NCBI GenBank assembly: GCA_963839405.1
Contig: CAWIUV010000003.1
Span: 237,445-301,444, forward strand
Reading direction: 5' to 3'
DNA from: an uncultured Thermoleophilaceae bacterium
GTDB lineage: Bacteria > Actinomycetota > Thermoleophilia > Solirubrobacterales > Thermoleophilaceae
Length of the DNA stretch: 64,000 bases
Made by a program: the position numbers and the translations under genes. This document shows positions 9,110 through 19,588 of the stretch, one piece after another (within the stretch, counting starts at the first letter, position 1; every line of letters starts with the position of its first letter). The notes under the pieces were generated by a model, which was not told where the DNA came from, made no database searches, and worked only from the letters and a program-made list of their open reading frames with translations.

Positions 9110-9865
9110 CAGTAGGTCGTACGGTTGTCGTCGCCCTGGCCGCGAGCTCGTATGCGGGTCGTGCAGCGTGGACATGGCCGCCCTGAACAGTCGTACAACT
9201 GCAGCCCGCGGATGTGACCTCCTCGTGAAACCGACTCCTGCATACGCCGGCGCGTGCAGCGGACGATCCGCAGCGCTTCGTCGTCCGTGACATCGCCGAC
9301 CTTTCGCCACGGGTCGACGCACGCGTCGAAACAGCCCTCGCTCTTCCACACGTTGCCAATCCCCGCAATGTTGCGCTGGTCGAGCAGCGCGTCGCCAATG
9401 CCGCGGGTCGGGTCGTCCTCGCGCAGGCGCGTGAGGAAGCGACGCTCGTCGAGCTCCGGGCTGAGGATGTCCGGGCCGAGGGCGGCGAGGCGCGCGTCGA
9501 ATCGCGTGCGGCTCTCCGTCATCAGCTCGAGCACGGGCCCGTCGAACTGGACGACCTCGGCGGCGTCGGTCCGGAGGACGAGCCACGCGCGGTGGCGCCC
9601 GCGCGACCACCGCTTGCCGGAGCGGATAGACGCCCCACATGCCGCCCATCCGCAGGTGCGAGTGGAGCGTGAGGTCGCCCTCGAAGCGGAGGAACAGGTG
9701 CTTGCCGTGCGCATCCACCGAATGGACGGGCCGTCCGGCCAGGCGCTCGGGCCAGCGGTCCATCGCATGCCGTGGCTGCGGCGTCTCGACAGCGACGATC
9801 TCGTTGCCGACCAGGGCGGCGCCGACCCGCCGGGCCGCCGCGTGGATCGTGTCTCCCTCAGGCAC
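9088..9865 (-). pseudogene. nei: Endonuclease VIII / Fpg-family DNA glycosylase, one frameshift near 9635
   Basis: N-terminus MPEGDTIH (catalytic P2/E3), H2TH region IGDALLDQRNIAGIGNVWKSE and zinc finger CPRC..CPGCQR. The two halves lie in different frames and join at ..MGGMWGVY / RSGKRW.. (an extra C). Confidence 0.85.
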
Positions 9866-12800
9866 TGAGGGTCAGCTTCCGCGGCCCCTGACGGAAGCCG
9901 AGCTCGATGAGCAGTTCCTCGACCGGAGAGCCGACGATCGGCTCGCCGTCGAAGCGCTCCAGCGCGAGCCGCTTGAGCCGTCCGCGCCGGACGTGCTCGG
10001 CGAGTGCCTCGAGCGCGTCTCTGAGCCACGACTCGTCGGGCTCGCGGAGCGGGACGAGGCCCTTTCCTCCGCGCTCGACGTAGAGCACCGGCTCGGCGTC
10101 GAGCAGCACGACGTAGGCGCCCGCTACGCGCGCGGGGCGGCGGCGCTGGTCCTCGTCGCGCCGCGGCCATGGAAGCGAAGCGCCGTAGGGGTTCGCGGGA
10201 TCCGTTGCCGCCAGCACCAGCGCTCCGGCCGGCTCGTCCGAGCGCAGGCTGCGCAGCCGCTCGACCGCCCCGGCGAGGGCGAACTGCGCTCCCCAAGCCC
10301 CTCGACGAAGTAGCCGCGGCGGGCGGTCCCCAGCGTCTCCAGGTTCGTCAGCTCTCCGTACAGGGTCGCGAATCCACCGGGCACGCCCTCGGCGAGGACC
10401 GTCTCGCGCGTGACGATGCCGTAGCGCTCGAGCAGGAGCTCCGCCTGCGCGCGCATGCGCGGCCCGTACGCCGGTTGATCCGCGAACAACGACGCGGTGA
10501 GCGACCAGCGGCCCTGCACCTGAGGCGCGCCGGGACGACGGTGCTTCGCAAAGCGCCGCCCGCGCTTGTGCTGCTGGTCGCGGGCGACCGTCAGCCGCGG
10601 AGCGCGCAGCGGCGCCCAGGCATCGTTAGTCACCTCGCCCGCCCAGACGAGGTCCCAGAGCCCCTCCTGGAGCTCCGCCGTCTCGATCTCGCCGAGGTCC
10701 ACGAGCAGGTCCGACCAGAAAGCGGCGCCGGTGCCGAGCCGCTCGCGGATCGCGTCGTGCACAGGACCAGCGGGGGCGTCGCCGCGGTTCGTGGGCGGCC
10801 CCAGCCAGCGCACGTCATCGCGGAAGTAGAGCGCCACGCGGCCCGAGCTACGGCCCAGCGCGCCGGCGCCGATCCACACGACCTCGCCGCCGGAGCAGAG
10901 CTGGTCGAGCCAGGTGGGGGACCAGCTGCCGAGCCGGCGCGGGAGTACGTCACGCTCCCAAGTCTCGGGCGTCAGGGCGATGCCCTGGAGCGGGACGAGC
11001 ACCTCGCGCAGTCGGTCGATGCCTGCGCCGCCGGGCGGTGCCGCGTCCACGCCCTGCCAGGCGGGAAGGAAGCGGGCGAGCTGCTTCTGCTCGACGGCCT
11101 CGACCTCCTTGCGGAGCGTGGCGAGCGAAGCCCGCCGGAGGCGGCGCAGCACGTCGGGGTCGCACCACTCGCGCTCGCGGCCGCCTGGTCGCAGCTCGCC
11201 GCGCACGAGCGCGCCGGTGCGCTCGAGCTCACGCAGGACCGGCCCAGGATCGATGCTGTAGCGGGCCGCGAGGTTTCCGGTCGGGAACGGCCCGTGCGTG
11301 CGCGCGTACCGCCGAACGAGCCGCTGCAGCGGCTCCTCGACCGGCTCGAGGAAGGTCTCGGGCAGGCCGCCCGGCGGCACGGCCCCGAGGGCGTCGCGAT
11401 AGAGGCCCGCGTCCTCGGACGCGATGAAGCGCTCCTCGCCGCCGATCCGCATCGACACCGCGCGGCGCTCGGCGGCGAGCCCGTCAAGGATCCGCTTCGC
11501 CGACACGCCGCGGTGGCAGCGCGCCTGCACCTCGTCGAGGGTCAGGTCGCCGACCGCGCGCAGGATGTCGTGGGCGCCGTCGGCGTTCACCGGCCTGGGT
11601 GCGCTCGGAGAGGCGCTGGAGATCCGCCTCGACCTCCGCGAGCGCCTCGGCGTCGATCAGGTCGCGGAGCTCCTCCTGTCCGAGCAGTTCAGCGAGTAAC
11701 TCGCGGTCAAGTGAAAGAGCGGCGGCCCGCCGCTCAGCGTTCGGCGTGTCGCCCTCGTACATGTACGTGGCGACGTAGTCGAAGAGCAGCGAGGAGGCGA
11801 ACGGCGACGAGCGCGGCGTCTCGACCTCGACGAGCGACAGCTCGCGCGTGTGCAACCCGCGCAGCAGGTCCTTCAGCGCGGGCAGGTCGAACACGTCCTG
11901 GAGGCACTCGCGGTAGGTCTCGAGCACGATCGGGAACTGGCCGTAGCGCTTCGCGACCTCGAGCAGCGACTGGGCCTTCAGGCGCTGCTGCCACAGCGGC
12001 GTGCGCTTGCCGGGGTAGGCGCGCGGGAGCAGCAGCGCGCGGGCGGCGTTCTCGCGGAACCGGGAGCCGAAGAGCGCGGAGTTCCCGAGCTCGCGCACGA
12101 CCAGGTCCTCGACCTCGTCGGGGTCGACCATCACGAGCTCGGATCCGGGCGGCTCGTCCGCATCGGGGAGGTGCACGACGATCCCGTCGTCGGACCAGAT
12201 CGCGTCGGCCTCGAGCCCGAATTCGTCGCGGATGCGAGCAGCGAGTGCGAGGCCCCACGCCGCGTGCACCCGGCCGCCGTAGGGCGACAGCACGCACAGG
12301 CGCCAGTCGCCGATCTCGTCACGGAAGCGCTCGACCACGATCGTGCGGTCACTCGGCACGACGCGCGTGGCCTCCTGCTGCTCGCGCAGGTACATGACCA
12401 GGTTGCCTGCCGCGCGCTCGTCCAGCCCGTACTCGGCCGCAAGCGTCGCCGGCTCCTTGTCCACCGCGGTGCGGGAGAACTCGCCGAGCGCCTTGCCCAG
12501 CTCTGCCGGCCGGCCGACCATGTCGCCGCGCCAGAACGGGATCGCGCCCGGCGCGCCCGGGGCCGGCGTGACGAGCACGCGGTCGCGGGTGATCTCCTCG
12601 ATCCGCCAGGTGGACGCTCCGAGCATGAACGTCTGGCCCGCGCGCGCCTCGTAGACCATCTCCTCGTCCAGCTCGCCCACCCGGCGCCCGTCCGGGAGGT
12701 GGACGCCGAACAGCCCGCGGTCGGGGATCGTGCCCGCGTTCGTGATCGCCAGCTGGCGTGCGCCCTGGCGTGCCCGGATGACGTCCTCGACTCGGTCCCA

Positions 12801-14244
12801 GACGATCCGCGGCTTGAGCTCGGCGAACTCCTCGGACGGGTAGCGCCCGTCGAGCATGTCGAGGACGTTGTCCAGCAGCTTGCGGTCCAGCTCCGCGAAC
12901 GGGTACGCGCGCCTGACCAGGTCGTGCAGCTCGGGCACCTTCCACTCGTCGCCCGTTGCGACGCAGGCGACGATCTGCTGCGCGAGGACGTCGAGCGGGT
13001 TGCGCGGCACGACCGTCTCCTCGATCAGCGCCTCGCGCATCCGCTGAGCGACCACCGCCGACTCGAGCAGGTCGGAGCGGAACTTCGGGAAGATCCGGCC
13101 CTTCGACGTCTCGCCGACGCCGTGCCCGGCGCGGCCGATCCGCTGCAGGCCGCGCGTCACGGACTTGGGCGACTCGACCTGCAGCACGAGGTCGACGGCG
13201 CCCATGTCGATGCCGAGCTCGAGCGAGGAGGTCGCCACGAGGCACGGCAGCTCGCCGGACTTCAGCATCTCCTCGACGACCAGCCGCTCCTCGCGCGCGA
13301 GCGATCCGTGGTGGGCGCGCGCGATGTCGGCGGGCTTCCCGTCCTCGCCCGCCAGCTCGTTCAACCGCATCGCGAGCCGCTCCGCGCCGCGGCGGTTGTT
13401 CACGAAGACGATCGTCGACTTGTGCGACTGGACCAGTTCGAGCAGCTCGGGGTAGATCGCGGGCCAGATCGAACGGCGCGTGGCGCCGCCCGCCGGCGAG
13501 CGGGTCCAGGTCGTCCGTGCCCTCATCCGGCTCGCGCATGTCCTCGACCGGGACCTTGATCTCGAGGTCGAGCGGCTTCCGCAGGCCGGTGTCCACGACC
13601 TTGCACTCGCGCGTCGGGCCCACCAGGAAGCGGCCGACCTCGTCGAGCGGCCGCTGGGTCGCCGAGAGCCCGATGCGCTGCACCGGGTGCCCTGCCTCGT
13701 GCTCGAGGCGCTCGAGCGTCAGCGCAAGGTGTGCGCCGCGCTTGGACTGCGCTACGGCATGGATCTCGTCCACGATCACCCACTCCGCGTCGCGCAGGAA
13801 CTCGCGCGCGCGCGAAGTCAGCATCAGGTAGAGCGACTCAGGCGTCGTGATAAGGATGTCCGGCGGCTTGCGAAGCATCGCCGCGCGCTCCTTCTGCGGC
13901 GTGTCGCCGGTGCGGATCGCCACCGAGATGTCGCCGCCAATGCCCTTGAGCGGTGCGCGCAGGTTGCGCTCGATGTCGTAGGAGAGCGCCTTCAGCGGGG
14001 ATACGTAGACGAGCCGCGTCTTCCGCTCGTCCGCAGGCAGGGGCTCTGCGACCAGCCGGTCGAGGCCCCACAGGAAGGCCGCGAGCGTCTTGCCCGAGCC
14101 GGTCGGCGCGGACAGGAGGACGTGTTCGCCGCCTGCGATGGCCGGCCATGCCTGCTCCTGCGCCCGAGTGGGCTCTGCGAAGGCGCGCTTGAACCAGTCG
14201 CGAACCTGAGGAGTGAAGTTGGCCAGTGGGTCAGCTGAAGGCAC
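9858..14244 (-). pseudogene. lhr: Lhr-type large ATP-dependent DEAH helicase (~1460 aa), three frame switches
   Basis: Motifs LLSAPTGSGKTLAAF, VIVDEIHAV, LSAT and HHGSLAREER..VATSSLELGIDMG, plus the long Lhr C-terminal extension ending ..LAATDPANPYGASLPWP. Pieces are ORFs 12349..14571, 11484..13526, 10124..11590 and 9858..10217, with junctions near 13490, 11590 and 10290. GTG 14244 follows AAGGG. Confidence 0.9.
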
Positions 14245-14252
14245 GGAACCCT

Positions 14253-14918
14253 TCAGCGTATCGCCAGCTCGGACGCGCGTACAAACACGGCGTCCGTCAT
14301 CTCCTCGGTCAGCCTGCCGGTGAACGTGTTCTGCTGCGACGGGTGGTACGAGCCGAGCAGGTGGCGCCCGCTCGGCAGCTCGAATTCCGCCATGTGACCG
14401 AACTTCGGGCGCGGCGGCGGGGGCGGGTCGAGCTTGAGCGCGGCGTCCCAGGCGAACCCGCCCAGGCAGACGATCACGCGCACGGATGGCATCAACTCGA
14501 GCTCTCCGGCCGCGTACGGCAGGCAGTTGTCGCGCTCGCTCGGCAGCGGCCGGTTGGCCGGCGGCGCACACCGGACGGCCGCCGCCACGAATGCGCCGTG
14601 CAGCTCGAGCCCGTCGCCGGCATGGAGCGAGGTCGGCTGGTTCGCGAAGCCGGTGCGGTGGAGCGAGGCGAACAGCCAGTCGCCTGAGCGGTCGCCCGTG
14701 AAAACGCGCCCGGTGCGGTTCCCGCCGTGGGCTGCCGGTGCGAGTCCGAGCACGTAGACGCTCGCCTCGGGGTCGCCAAAGCCCGGCACGGGCCGGCCCC
14801 AGTACTCCTCGCCGGCGTAGGCGGCGCGCTTCTCGCGTGCGACTCGCTCACGCCACTCCACGAGGCGCGGGCACCTGCGGCAGGCGATGACCTGTCGCTC
14901 GAGCTCGTCGAGGTTCAA
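14253..14918 (-). CDS. udgB: Uracil-DNA glycosylase, family 5-like (Fe-S type)
   Basis: CRRCPRL, motif A GLAPAAHGGNRTGRVFTGD (GLAPA rather than GEAPG) and motif B GSYHPSQQN. TTG start 14918 overlaps the preceding stop (TTGA). Confidence 0.8.
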   Translation of the reverse strand: MNLDELERQVIACRRCPRLVEWRERVAREKRAAYAGEEYWGRPVPGFGDPEASVYVLGLAPAAHGGNRTGRVFTGDRSGDWLFASLHRTGFANQPTSLHAGDGLELHGAFVAAAVRCAPPANRPLPSERDNCLPYAAGELELMPSVRVIVCLGGFAWDAALKLDPPPPPRPKFGHMAEFELPSGRHLLGSYHPSQQNTFTGRLTEEMTDAVFVRASELAIR

Positions 14919-15415
14919 AGGTTCGCGCGCACCAGCCGCACGAACACGTCGACCACCTCCGGGTCGAAGTGCTTGCCGGCTGCGTGCTCGAGCTCCTCGA
15001 GCGCCACCTCCGCCGGGATCGGCGGCCTGTAGGCGCGCGGTGACGTCATGCCCACGTAGGCGTCGAGGACCGCGATGATGCGGGCGCCCATCGGGATCTC
15101 CTCGCCCTCGAGATGGTCCGGGTAGCCGGTGCCGTCGAGCCGCTCGTGGTGGTGGCGCACCCACTGGCCCACGTCCTCCCCGTGGCCCTCTTCGCGCGCG
15201 TACGCCTCGCCGAGCTCGGGGTGCTTGCGCATCGCCTCCCATTCGGCCTTGGTCAGGGGCCCGGGCTTCTCGACGATCCGCTCGGAGATCATCTGCTTGC
15301 CCACGTCGTGCAGCGAGCCGGCCAGCTCGAGCATCTCGAGCGTCTCCGCGTCGAGCTCGAGGATCTCGCCGACGCGCCGCGCGTACTGCCCGACGCGGTT
15401 CTCCTCCTCGCTCAC
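14915..15415 (-). CDS. Stand-alone HD-GYP domain phosphohydrolase (166 aa)
   Basis: LHDVGK, HPELG and HHHERLDGTGYPDHL motifs. GTG start overlaps the permease stop (GTGA). There is no receiver or sensor domain. Confidence 0.8.
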   Translation of the reverse strand: MSEEENRVGQYARRVGEILELDAETLEMLELAGSLHDVGKQMISERIVEKPGPLTKAEWEAMRKHPELGEAYAREEGHGEDVGQWVRHHHERLDGTGYPDHLEGEEIPMGARIIAVLDAYVGMTSPRAYRPPIPAEVALEELEHAAGKHFDPEVVDVFVRLVRANL

Positions 15416-16191
15416 GCCTTGAGCCTCCTGCCGCTCGTGAAGAGATACTGCGAGAAGAGGTACGCCGGGATGGCGACGGCTGCGGTCACCCCCAGGGAGA
15501 GCACCACGCTCACGTCGCTCTCGCCCAGCATCCCGAACCGCATCGCCTGGACCAGGTAGAAGAGCGGGTTGAAGTGGGACAGCTCCTCCCACGGCGAGCC
15601 GAGCATGTCCACGGAGTAGAAGACGCCGCCGACGAAGGCGAGCGGGAGGATCACGATGTTCGAGATGAACGTGGTGTGGTCCCACTGCTCCGCGTAGATG
15701 CCGACGATCGTCCCAAGGGCGCCGAACCCGATCAAGGCGAGCAGCGCGGCCAGCAGGAGGACGTGCGGCTGCTCGACGGGCACGCCGGTGAGCGGGATCG
15801 CGAGCGCCAGCAGCCCGGCTCCGATCGCGAGCCCGCGCGCGACGCCGCCGAGGTTCCACCCGAGGTTCAGCTGCCACGGGTGCATCGGGGCCGCGAGGAC
15901 GTCGTTCACGTAGCGGTCGGAGCGCGCCTGGTAGATCGACGAAGCGTTGTTGTTGTAGGCCTGCTGCACGATCGTCATGGCGATCAGGCCGGGCACGATG
16001 AACACCTCGTAGTCGAAACCCTCCACCTGCTTTATCCGCCCGCCGAGCGACAGGCCGAAGACCACGATGAAGAGCGTGGAGGACACAACGGGGGCCAGAA
16101 CGGTCTGGGTCCACAGCTTCGAGACCCGCAGCGTCTCGCGCCTGGCCAACCATATGAGGCCTCCGTACCCATTCTCGACGCGTTCGTGCAC
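15412..16191 (-). CDS. ABC-2 type transporter permease
   Basis: 259-aa ORF with six predicted TM helices and ABC-2 features (ETLRVSKLWTQTVLAPVVSSTLF..; FNPLFYLVQAMR). GTG start, with TACTCT 7 nt upstream. Confidence 0.8.
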   Translation of the reverse strand: MHERVENGYGGLIWLARRETLRVSKLWTQTVLAPVVSSTLFIVVFGLSLGGRIKQVEGFDYEVFIVPGLIAMTIVQQAYNNNASSIYQARSDRYVNDVLAAPMHPWQLNLGWNLGGVARGLAIGAGLLALAIPLTGVPVEQPHVLLLAALLALIGFGALGTIVGIYAEQWDHTTFISNIVILPLAFVGGVFYSVDMLGSPWEELSHFNPLFYLVQAMRFGMLGESDVSVVLSLGVTAAVAIPAYLFSQYLFTSGRRLKA

Positions 16192-16233
16192 CCAGCCGAG
16201 AGTAACGGTGGGCCCTAACCTGCCCCTGCGCGG

Positions 16234-17821
16234 ATGCCTCGCTCACTCCTGACAATGCTCGCCCTCGCGGCAATCTCCGGCGCGCCTGCGCATGCCGCCA
16301 TGTCCGAGCCGCCGATGACGCTCCCCGGCGACGCCCGCGCCGCCGGCGTGCTCGCCGACCGTGACACGTGGATCGTCGCCGCCCACGACACCCGTGCGGC
16401 AGCCTCGCTCGCGCGCCGCTACGGCGCGAAGCCAGTGGGGTCGGTCGGCGCTCACGTCGTGGCCCGCCGCCACGCGCGCGCCTTCGCCACGGCCCTGCGC
16501 CGCCGCGGGCTGCTCAAGTTCGCCGAGCCCAACATCCTCAGCCGCCCGCGGGCCTCGGGCGGCGACCCGTTCACCAGCAGCACGAGGTGGCGCCCGGCGG
16601 TGGTCGAAGAGGGGCTCGAGCCGCCCGCCGTCACGGCCTCAAGCCCGAAGCTCGCGCTGATCGACTCCAAGCTCGACGAGAGCCATCCGGAGTTCGCCGG
16701 CGGCCGCATCAACTCGGTCGGCTCAGGAGCGGTCCGCGACGAGCACGGCACGGCGACGGCGGCGGTCGCGGCCGCGCCAACCAACGGGCAGGGGATCGAG
16801 GGGATCTGGCCGGGCATGATCACCACCAACTTCCCCACCACCCTCTCGTGTGGCGACATCGTGCGCCGCATCAAGGCGGTCGTCCGGGGCGGATACGACG
16901 TGCTCAACATGAGCTACGGCTCGAGCCAGGAATGCTTCTCGGAATCCGCCGAGCTGCAGCGCGCCACCGGCGCCGGCGTTCTGCTGGTGGCCGCCGCCGG
17001 CAACGAGTTCGCCGAGGGCAACCCGCTCGAGTACCCGGCGTCGCTCCCGCACGTGGTCACGGTTGCCGCGGTCGACTTCGCGGGCGAGACCAGCTACTTC
17101 TCGAACGCGAACGCGGCGGTTGACGTCGCCGCGCCCGGCGAGCGGATCGGCACCGCGGTCCCGATGACGCACGACCCCGACGGGGACGGCAACGGCTACG
17201 CGTTTGTAGACGGCACCAGCTTCGCCGCGCCTATGGTCGCGGCGGTGGCCACGTGGGTCACGGCCGTGCGGCGCAACCTGACCGTTGACCAGGTGGCCCA
17301 GGTGGTGAAGCTCTCGGCGATCGACCTGGACCGCGAGGGATGGGACCCGAACACCGGCTACGGGCTCGTTCAGGTGGGGAACGCGCTGCGCGTACGCGCC
17401 GCCGGCGAACGACCCGCTCGAGCCGAACGAGAACATCTTCTGGGTCAACGGCGAGATCTTCCGCAACCCCGATCCGATCGTTTACGACGGGAAGCCGCGC
17501 CGGCGCAGGTTCAAGGCGCGCCTCGACCAGTTCGAGGATCCGTCCGACGTCTACCGCGTCCGCTTCCCCGCCAGGTCGCGCACGCGCATCGCCGTCGTGC
17601 CGAGCTTCGGCGATCCGGATCTGGCGGTGTTCCACGGCAACGCCGACAGCACCTCCGACCCGCCGCTCGGGTTGTCTCAGCGAGTCGGCAGCGCGCGGGA
17701 CTTCCTTGTGATCCGAAACGGCAGCCGGCGGGCCGCGCGCGCCTTCGTCGAGGTCTACATCGATCCGTCGGCGCGCGGGCTGGACGCGGGCTACTCGCTC
17801 CGGTTCAAGCGGGCTCGCTGA
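16234..17821 (+). pseudogene. Secreted subtilisin-like serine protease (S8) with C-terminal PPC-like domain, one frameshift near 17395
   Basis: Signal peptide. Catalytic triad blocks LIDSKLD, HGTATAAV and GTSFAAPMVAA. The C-terminal domain (NDPLEPNENIFWVNGE..VYRVRFPARSRTRIAVVPSFGDPDLAVF..YSLRFKRAR) continues in the frame of ORF 17597..17821. Confidence 0.85.
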
Positions 17822-18546
17822 CGCCCACGCTCATCGCCTTCACGTAGACGTCCTCCAGCGAGGTCGCGCCGTAGTGCGCGCGCAGGCCGGCCGCCGTGTC
17901 GCGCGCGATCAGGCGGCCGTGCTGGATCAGGGCGATCTCCTCGCACAGCGCCTCCGCCTCGTCGAGGTAGTGCGTCGTCAGGAGGATCGTGGTGCCCTCC
18001 GCGTGCAGCCGGCGGATGTAGCTCCACAGCTCGGTGCGCAGCTCGAAGTCGACGCCAGCCGTCGGCTCGTCGAGGATCACCAGCCGCGGGCGGTGCATCA
18101 GCGCGCGCGCGAGGAGCACCCTGCGCCGCATGCCGCCCGACAACTTCGAGGTCCGCGTGTGCGCCTTCGCGCGAAGGTCGAACACGTCGATCATCTCGTC
18201 GGCGCGCCGGTTCGCCTCCGCTCCGCCCATCCCGAAGTAGCCGCCGTGGTAGACGAGCGTCTCCTGCACGGTGAGGAAGCGGTCGAGGTTGATGTCCTGC
18301 TCCGCGAGCCCGACGTCTCGCCGCGCCGCGCAGCGTGTGGGCCGGGCGCCCGAACACGAGCGCTTCGCCGCTCGTGATCCGGATCAGGTTGCAGACGGCG
18401 TTGATCGCGGTGGTCTTCCCGGCGCCGTTGGGCCCGAGCAGCCCGAAGAACGCGCCGTCTGGAATGGCCAGGTCGAAGTTCTCGAGCGCGAGCGTGCCGT
18501 CGTCGTAGCGCTTGGTCAGGCCGCGGAGCTCGAGGGCGGGAGTCAC
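17805..18546 (-). pseudogene. ABC transporter ATP-binding protein, one frameshift near 18318
   Basis: Walker A GLLGPNGAGKTT in ORF 17791..18546. Signature LSGGMRRRV, Walker B LVILDEPTAGVD and the H-loop lie in ORF 17805..18269. Confidence 0.85.
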
Positions 18547-18558
18547 GCTTCCAGCCTA

Positions 18559-18587
18559 GGGGTCTGACCCCACCGGGGTCAGACCCC
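18559..18587 (-). terminator. Perfect 13-bp-stem hairpin right after the rmlB stop
   Basis: GGGGTCTGACCCC-acc-GGGGTCAGACCCC with no U-tract. It ends 12 nt upstream of the ABC ATPase start codon. Confidence 0.5.
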
Positions 18588-18589
18588 CT

Positions 18590-19588
18590 TTAGGAAAGGC
18601 TGCGGCCGTACTGGCGCTCGTAGTACTCGCGGTACTCGCCCGAGCGGATCGGCTCCCACCACCACTCGTTGTCGCGGTACCACTCGACCGTGCGCGCGAG
18701 GCCCTCGTCGAAGGAGACCTGAGCCTCCCAGCCGAGCGCGGCGACCTTCTCGGACGAGAGCGAGTAGCGGCGGTCGTGCCCCTTCCGGTCCTCGACGTGC
18801 TCGATCAGCGACCGGTCGCGCCCGGTCAGCTCGAGGATGCGCTCGACGACCGCGAGGTTCTCCTCCTCGTCCGGGCCGCCGACGTTGTACACGTCACCCG
18901 GCTTGCCCTCCCGCAGCACGAGGTCGATCGCGCGCGCGAAGTCCTCCATGTAGAGCCAGTTGCGCACCTGGCGCCCGTCCCCGTACACGGGCAGCGGGTC
19001 CTCGTGCAGGGCGTTCAGCGTGCAGAGCGGAATCAGCTTCTCCGGGTACTGGCGCGGGCCGTAGTTGTTCGAGCCGCGGCAGATCACGGCCTCGATGCCG
19101 TGCGTGTGGACGTGCGCCTGCACGAGCAGGTCGCCGGCCGCCTTGGTGGCCGAGTACGGCGAGGAGGGCTCGAGCGGGGACTCCTCGGTGAACGATCCGC
19201 GCTCGATCGAGCCGTACACCTCGTCGGTCGAGACCTGGAGGAAGCGCGCGACTCCGAGCTCGCGCACGGCGTCGAGCAAGACGCCCGTGCCGATCACGTG
19301 CGTCACCGCGAACGGGTCCTGACCCGCGATGGAGCGGTCCACGTGCGACTCGGCTGCGAAGTTCACGACGAGCTCGCAGCCCTGCATCGCATCGCGGACC
19401 ACGGCCGGGTCCTCGATTGCGCCCTCGATGAACTCGATCCGGTCCTCGACCTCGGCGAGGTTCTCGCGCCGGCCCGCGTAGGTGAGCTTGTCGAGCACGA
19501 CCACCTGGTCATCGGGGCGGGCGTCCAGGAGCACGCGGACGTATGCCGAGCCGATGAACCCGGCCGCGCCCGTCACAAGGGTCCTCAT
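18590..19588 (-). CDS. rmlB: dTDP-glucose 4,6-dehydratase
   Basis: MRTLVTGAAGFIGS.., STDEVYG and YSATKAAGDLL (YxxxK). Start ATG 19588 overlaps the rmlD stop. The longer track ORF is an upstream extension. Confidence 0.92.
   Translation of the reverse strand: MRTLVTGAAGFIGSAYVRVLLDARPDDQVVVLDKLTYAGRRENLAEVEDRIEFIEGAIEDPAVVRDAMQGCELVVNFAAESHVDRSIAGQDPFAVTHVIGTGVLLDAVRELGVARFLQVSTDEVYGSIERGSFTEESPLEPSSPYSATKAAGDLLVQAHVHTHGIEAVICRGSNNYGPRQYPEKLIPLCTLNALHEDPLPVYGDGRQVRNWLYMEDFARAIDLVLREGKPGDVYNVGGPDEEENLAVVERILELTGRDRSLIEHVEDRKGHDRRYSLSSEKVAALGWEAQVSFDEGLARTVEWYRDNEWWWEPIRSGEYREYYERQYGRSLS

Noticed and set aside
16192-16265. Possible PafBC/RecA-independent damage promoter upstream of the repair operon (minus-strand TTGTCAGGAG at about 16251-16260).
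   Set aside because: The TANNNT element expected about 8 nt downstream of the TGTC core is absent (GGCATC instead), and the site lies inside the S8 protease coding region. The TACTCT box nearer the permease start is a generic -10.
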